From assembly GCA_032250835.1 (NCBI GenBank), contig JAVVEA010000004.1:96001-160000 (forward strand): 64,000 bases of DNA, read 5' to 3'. Positions 61,506-64,000 of this stretch are shown here, piece after piece. Numbering within the stretch: the stretch's first letter is position 1; every line of letters starts with the position of its first letter. The stretch comes from a bacterium (GTDB lineage: Bacteria > SAR324 > XYD2-FULL-50-16). Both the position numbers and the translations under genes were made by a program. The notes beneath the pieces are model-generated. The model was not told where the DNA came from and ran no database searches. It saw only the letters and a list, made by a program, of their open reading frames with translations.

Positions 61506-62636
61506 TTAGGGCAAAGAGGTAAGGAGTACGGCCAATTGGGTCTGGCTGCCGCAACCGGTCTTACCGAAGACCTGTTTGAGCTGTCCACGGACCGTTTCGT
61601 AGGCAACGCCAACGGAATCGGCATAGGTTCTTAAATCCGTCCCCGAGGCGACTGACCGGGCTAATTTAGCTTCCGCCTTAGTTAGGCCAAAAGCCTGCCC
61701 TATTTGCATGGTCGGAGCGATCCTGGCTTCACCCGGAATCCCTATCAATAGGATCGTTCCTGGATTGGTGCCCAAAAAATCTAAGTCCCAGGGCTGGTCT
61801 TCAAGACACAAAAAGCGGAGCAATAGAGGCGGCCCTGTTTCTTCGGTGCAACGCACCACCCAGTCACCCGAAGCGAGTCTTCTTTGATAAGGAGGTGAAA
61901 GCCGGCGTCTAATTTGCCGGTCTAGTTGCGGTGAGCTGGCCCTCAATTGCCTCTGGTGCAACCGTAAATCCCGCCGTCCCTCCAGTAGATTTCTGGCCGG
62001 TTCGTTCTGGTACTCAAGTTGGCCCTTTTCATCGAACACCATCGCCCCCCAGCGTATCTGGCCTAAGGTCTGTTCCAGCACCCGATTTTGCAACTGAAGC
62101 GAACCGAACTGCTGCTGTAGAATCAATGACTTTTGTACAAGCGGTAGTAATTGGCCAATGAACTGGACGGCCCAGGCCGGGTGTGTTTCTTGTTTTTGTG
62201 CCCTCAGAAAACCACCAATAAAAGAATGAGCGCCGTCTAGCTTTAGGGAAAAACCGGCGGGACAGGCTATACCTTGCGGGCGTACAAACTCTTGAAAGTA
62301 TTCTTCTTGAATATACTCCCTATAGGTGCTGTTGATCTGGTCCAGATCCGCAAAAGTGTACACATGGTTAGCCGAAGGGTTGGCGACGATCATTTTTTGG
62401 AAGGGGTCTAATCTGGCGTAGTGCGCCCCGAAACGCTTTACCAAGTGCTCGTCGAATCCGTGGTGGTAGCCTTGTATGAAGCGGAAATCGGTCCGATCAA
62501 AAATCCGATAGTGGAAGATCGGGCAGTCTACCACTTGGGCAATCTCATGGAATACTTCTGGGGCAGCGTCTAAAGAATAGGACAGATCCATGATCCGTCC
62601 TCCAATCCGCATTAGAGTCTGGGCATCTGGAGGCAT
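61506..62636 (-). CDS. LuxR-type HTH regulator with sensor/PAS region
   Basis: YARLDP, PAS-like segment and FGLTKAEAKLA...TVRGQLKQVFGKTG..Q..L. Confidence 0.85.
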   Translation of the reverse strand: MPPDAQTLMRIGGRIMDLSYSLDAAPEVFHEIAQVVDCPIFHYRIFDRTDFRFIQGYHHGFDEHLVKRFGAHYARLDPFQKMIVANPSANHVYTFADLDQINSTYREYIQEEYFQEFVRPQGIACPAGFSLKLDGAHSFIGGFLRAQKQETHPAWAVQFIGQLLPLVQKSLILQQQFGSLQLQNRVLEQTLGQIRWGAMVFDEKGQLEYQNEPARNLLEGRRDLRLHQRQLRASSPQLDRQIRRRLSPPYQRRLASGDWVVRCTEETGPPLLLRFLCLEDQPWDLDFLGTNPGTILLIGIPGEARIAPTMQIGQAFGLTKAEAKLARSVASGTDLRTYADSVGVAYETVRGQLKQVFGKTGCGSQTQLAVLLTSLP

Positions 62637-62933
62637 GAGAATCGGCTAGGGGACCAAGAGCTAAAGGGCTCAAGTCAAAATCATCGAAAGAAATTTTCCT
62701 ATTCGATTCCAGCGTAACATTCTGATCAGCCAGACCAGAAATATTTATTTGGTCAATTTCGGTCAAAATATCCCCCAAATGGGGGATGAAACGGGTCGGC
62801 GGAGGCGTGTAGACTAGGTTTTGTTCCCCTTTCCGTATCGAAGGGAGGTACTGGCTCCAGGGGTGGGCGTGCAACCCCCTTAGGCACCCCGGCCCGCTCC
62901 TGGAGCTTGAAAACGTCAAGCCAAGGACCGCTG

Positions 62934-64000
62934 ATGAAACCTATGCTGCTATTTTGGGCCGCCCTGCTTTGGGCCCTGCCCGCGCTGGCTGCCGGGCCGT
63001 CCGAGGCGCTGCGCTCGGCGGCGACGACCCTGGCCCGCTCGGGCCTGCAAACCCACTCTTCAAAGACGATTTTTATCAAGGTGGTCAACCGCCACTCCCA
63101 ACTGCCCGACAGCAAGGCCCAAGAGATTCAGGTCTGGGCCCGCAAGGCCCTGGTCGAGGCGCTGCCGGACTTTAAGCTGGTGGTGCTGGAAGAAAGTCTG
63201 GCCGGGGTCAACCTGAACCGGGCGGTGCAGCTCAAGGGCGAATACGAACAGCAGGGCGCGCAAGTGACGGTGCGCTTCACCGCCCTAGACGGGGTGCAAG
63301 GATCGGTGCTGGCCCAGGCCCGAGCGATCTTCACCGAAGCGGGCCGCGACCGGCAGTTGATGGCTATCTTGGACCTTGAGGCCCCAGAGCTCAGCGCCAA
63401 CCACCGCAAGGCCTATAGCGAGATCCTCAAGTCCGCCATCGCCGCCACGGGGGCCTTTCAGTTGGCCAGCAGCGCCGACGTGGACCGCATGAACGCCGAC
63501 GCTATCCAAAAGGTCTACCAATGCACCCGCGACGAATGCGCCACCATCATCGGCGAACAGTTGGGCGTAGACCGGGTGCTGGCGACCTCCTTGATCCGCA
63601 TGTCCAAGACCCAATACCTGCTCTCGGCCAAGATCATGGACATCCAGGATGGGCGGATCGAAAAGCAGGCCACGCTCCAGCACAAGGGCGGGCTGGAGTC
63701 CCTGGACCGTTCGCTGGGGGAGTTGGCGGCCAAGTTGACCGGGGGAAAGGTACCTCAACCCGTTTTGGGGAAAGGGAACGCTCAAATCCACGTAAAGTCG
63801 GAACCTTCTGGTGGTGAAATATTTCTCGACGGCATCCCGCTGAACCGAAAAACCCCCAGCCTGCTCAAAGACCTGCCCAGCGGGCAACACAAGATAGCCG
63901 TTATGCGGGACGACCGCGGAGCCAGCCAAGTCTTGGAACTGGAAGACGGCGGCTTGGCCAAAGTAAGCCTGACTTTGACCGACCAACTCGATTCGGAGGT
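62934..64000 (+). CDS. Exported protein with CsgG/TolB-N-like and PEGA domains, runs off the right edge
   Basis: Absent from the ORF track. AAGGA RBS, MKPMLLFWAALLWALPALAA, CTRDECATIIGEQLGVD, VKSEPSGGEIFLDG...KTP. Confidence 0.8.
   Translation, partial: MKPMLLFWAALLWALPALAAGPSEALRSAATTLARSGLQTHSSKTIFIKVVNRHSQLPDSKAQEIQVWARKALVEALPDFKLVVLEESLAGVNLNRAVQLKGEYEQQGAQVTVRFTALDGVQGSVLAQARAIFTEAGRDRQLMAILDLEAPELSANHRKAYSEILKSAIAATGAFQLASSADVDRMNADAIQKVYQCTRDECATIIGEQLGVDRVLATSLIRMSKTQYLLSAKIMDIQDGRIEKQATLQHKGGLESLDRSLGELAAKLTGGKVPQPVLGKGNAQIHVKSEPSGGEIFLDGIPLNRKTPSLLKDLPSGQHKIAVMRDDRGASQVLELEDGGLAKVSLTLTDQLDSE

Noticed and set aside
62545-63986. Short ORF-track ORFs at the right edge
   Set aside because: Most are shadows of the plus-strand PEGA gene starting at 62934, and none has recognisable motifs.

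Overview
GC-rich bacterial chromosomal window from a Gram-negative, flagellated organism. Gene content looks deltaproteobacteria/SAR324-like, which is an inference only. From left to right it carries: a partial multi-PAS histidine kinase; a Cus-type heavy-metal RND efflux operon with YtkA/FixH-like domains and no cusF; many signalling genes (2 MCPs, PP2C, CheY-like regulator, 2 orphan CheA-like kinases, HD-GYP, hybrid kinase, GGDEF, 2 LuxR); exbB-exbD-tonB-like genes plus an RNA methyltransferase; a beta-barrel gene coupled to a 10-heme lipoprotein cytochrome; murJ-lepB-OMP-metY; flhF-flhG and fliA separated by an insert containing a desaturase remnant; uvrC; and thrH-nnrS-metH. Structure missing from the ORF track includes two facing IS630-like remnants with a deleted duplicate of the uvrC 3' end around a CheA-like gene, a palindrome cluster, and a ~140-bp inverted-repeat pair enclosing an AT-rich cassette. 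Near the right end, a candidate copper-acquisition operon is led by a CxxC/RGPP leader ORF whose RGPP codons can pair with the downstream leader RNA. No rRNA, tRNA or CRISPR array was seen. All family calls come from motif recognition by eye, not from database searches.
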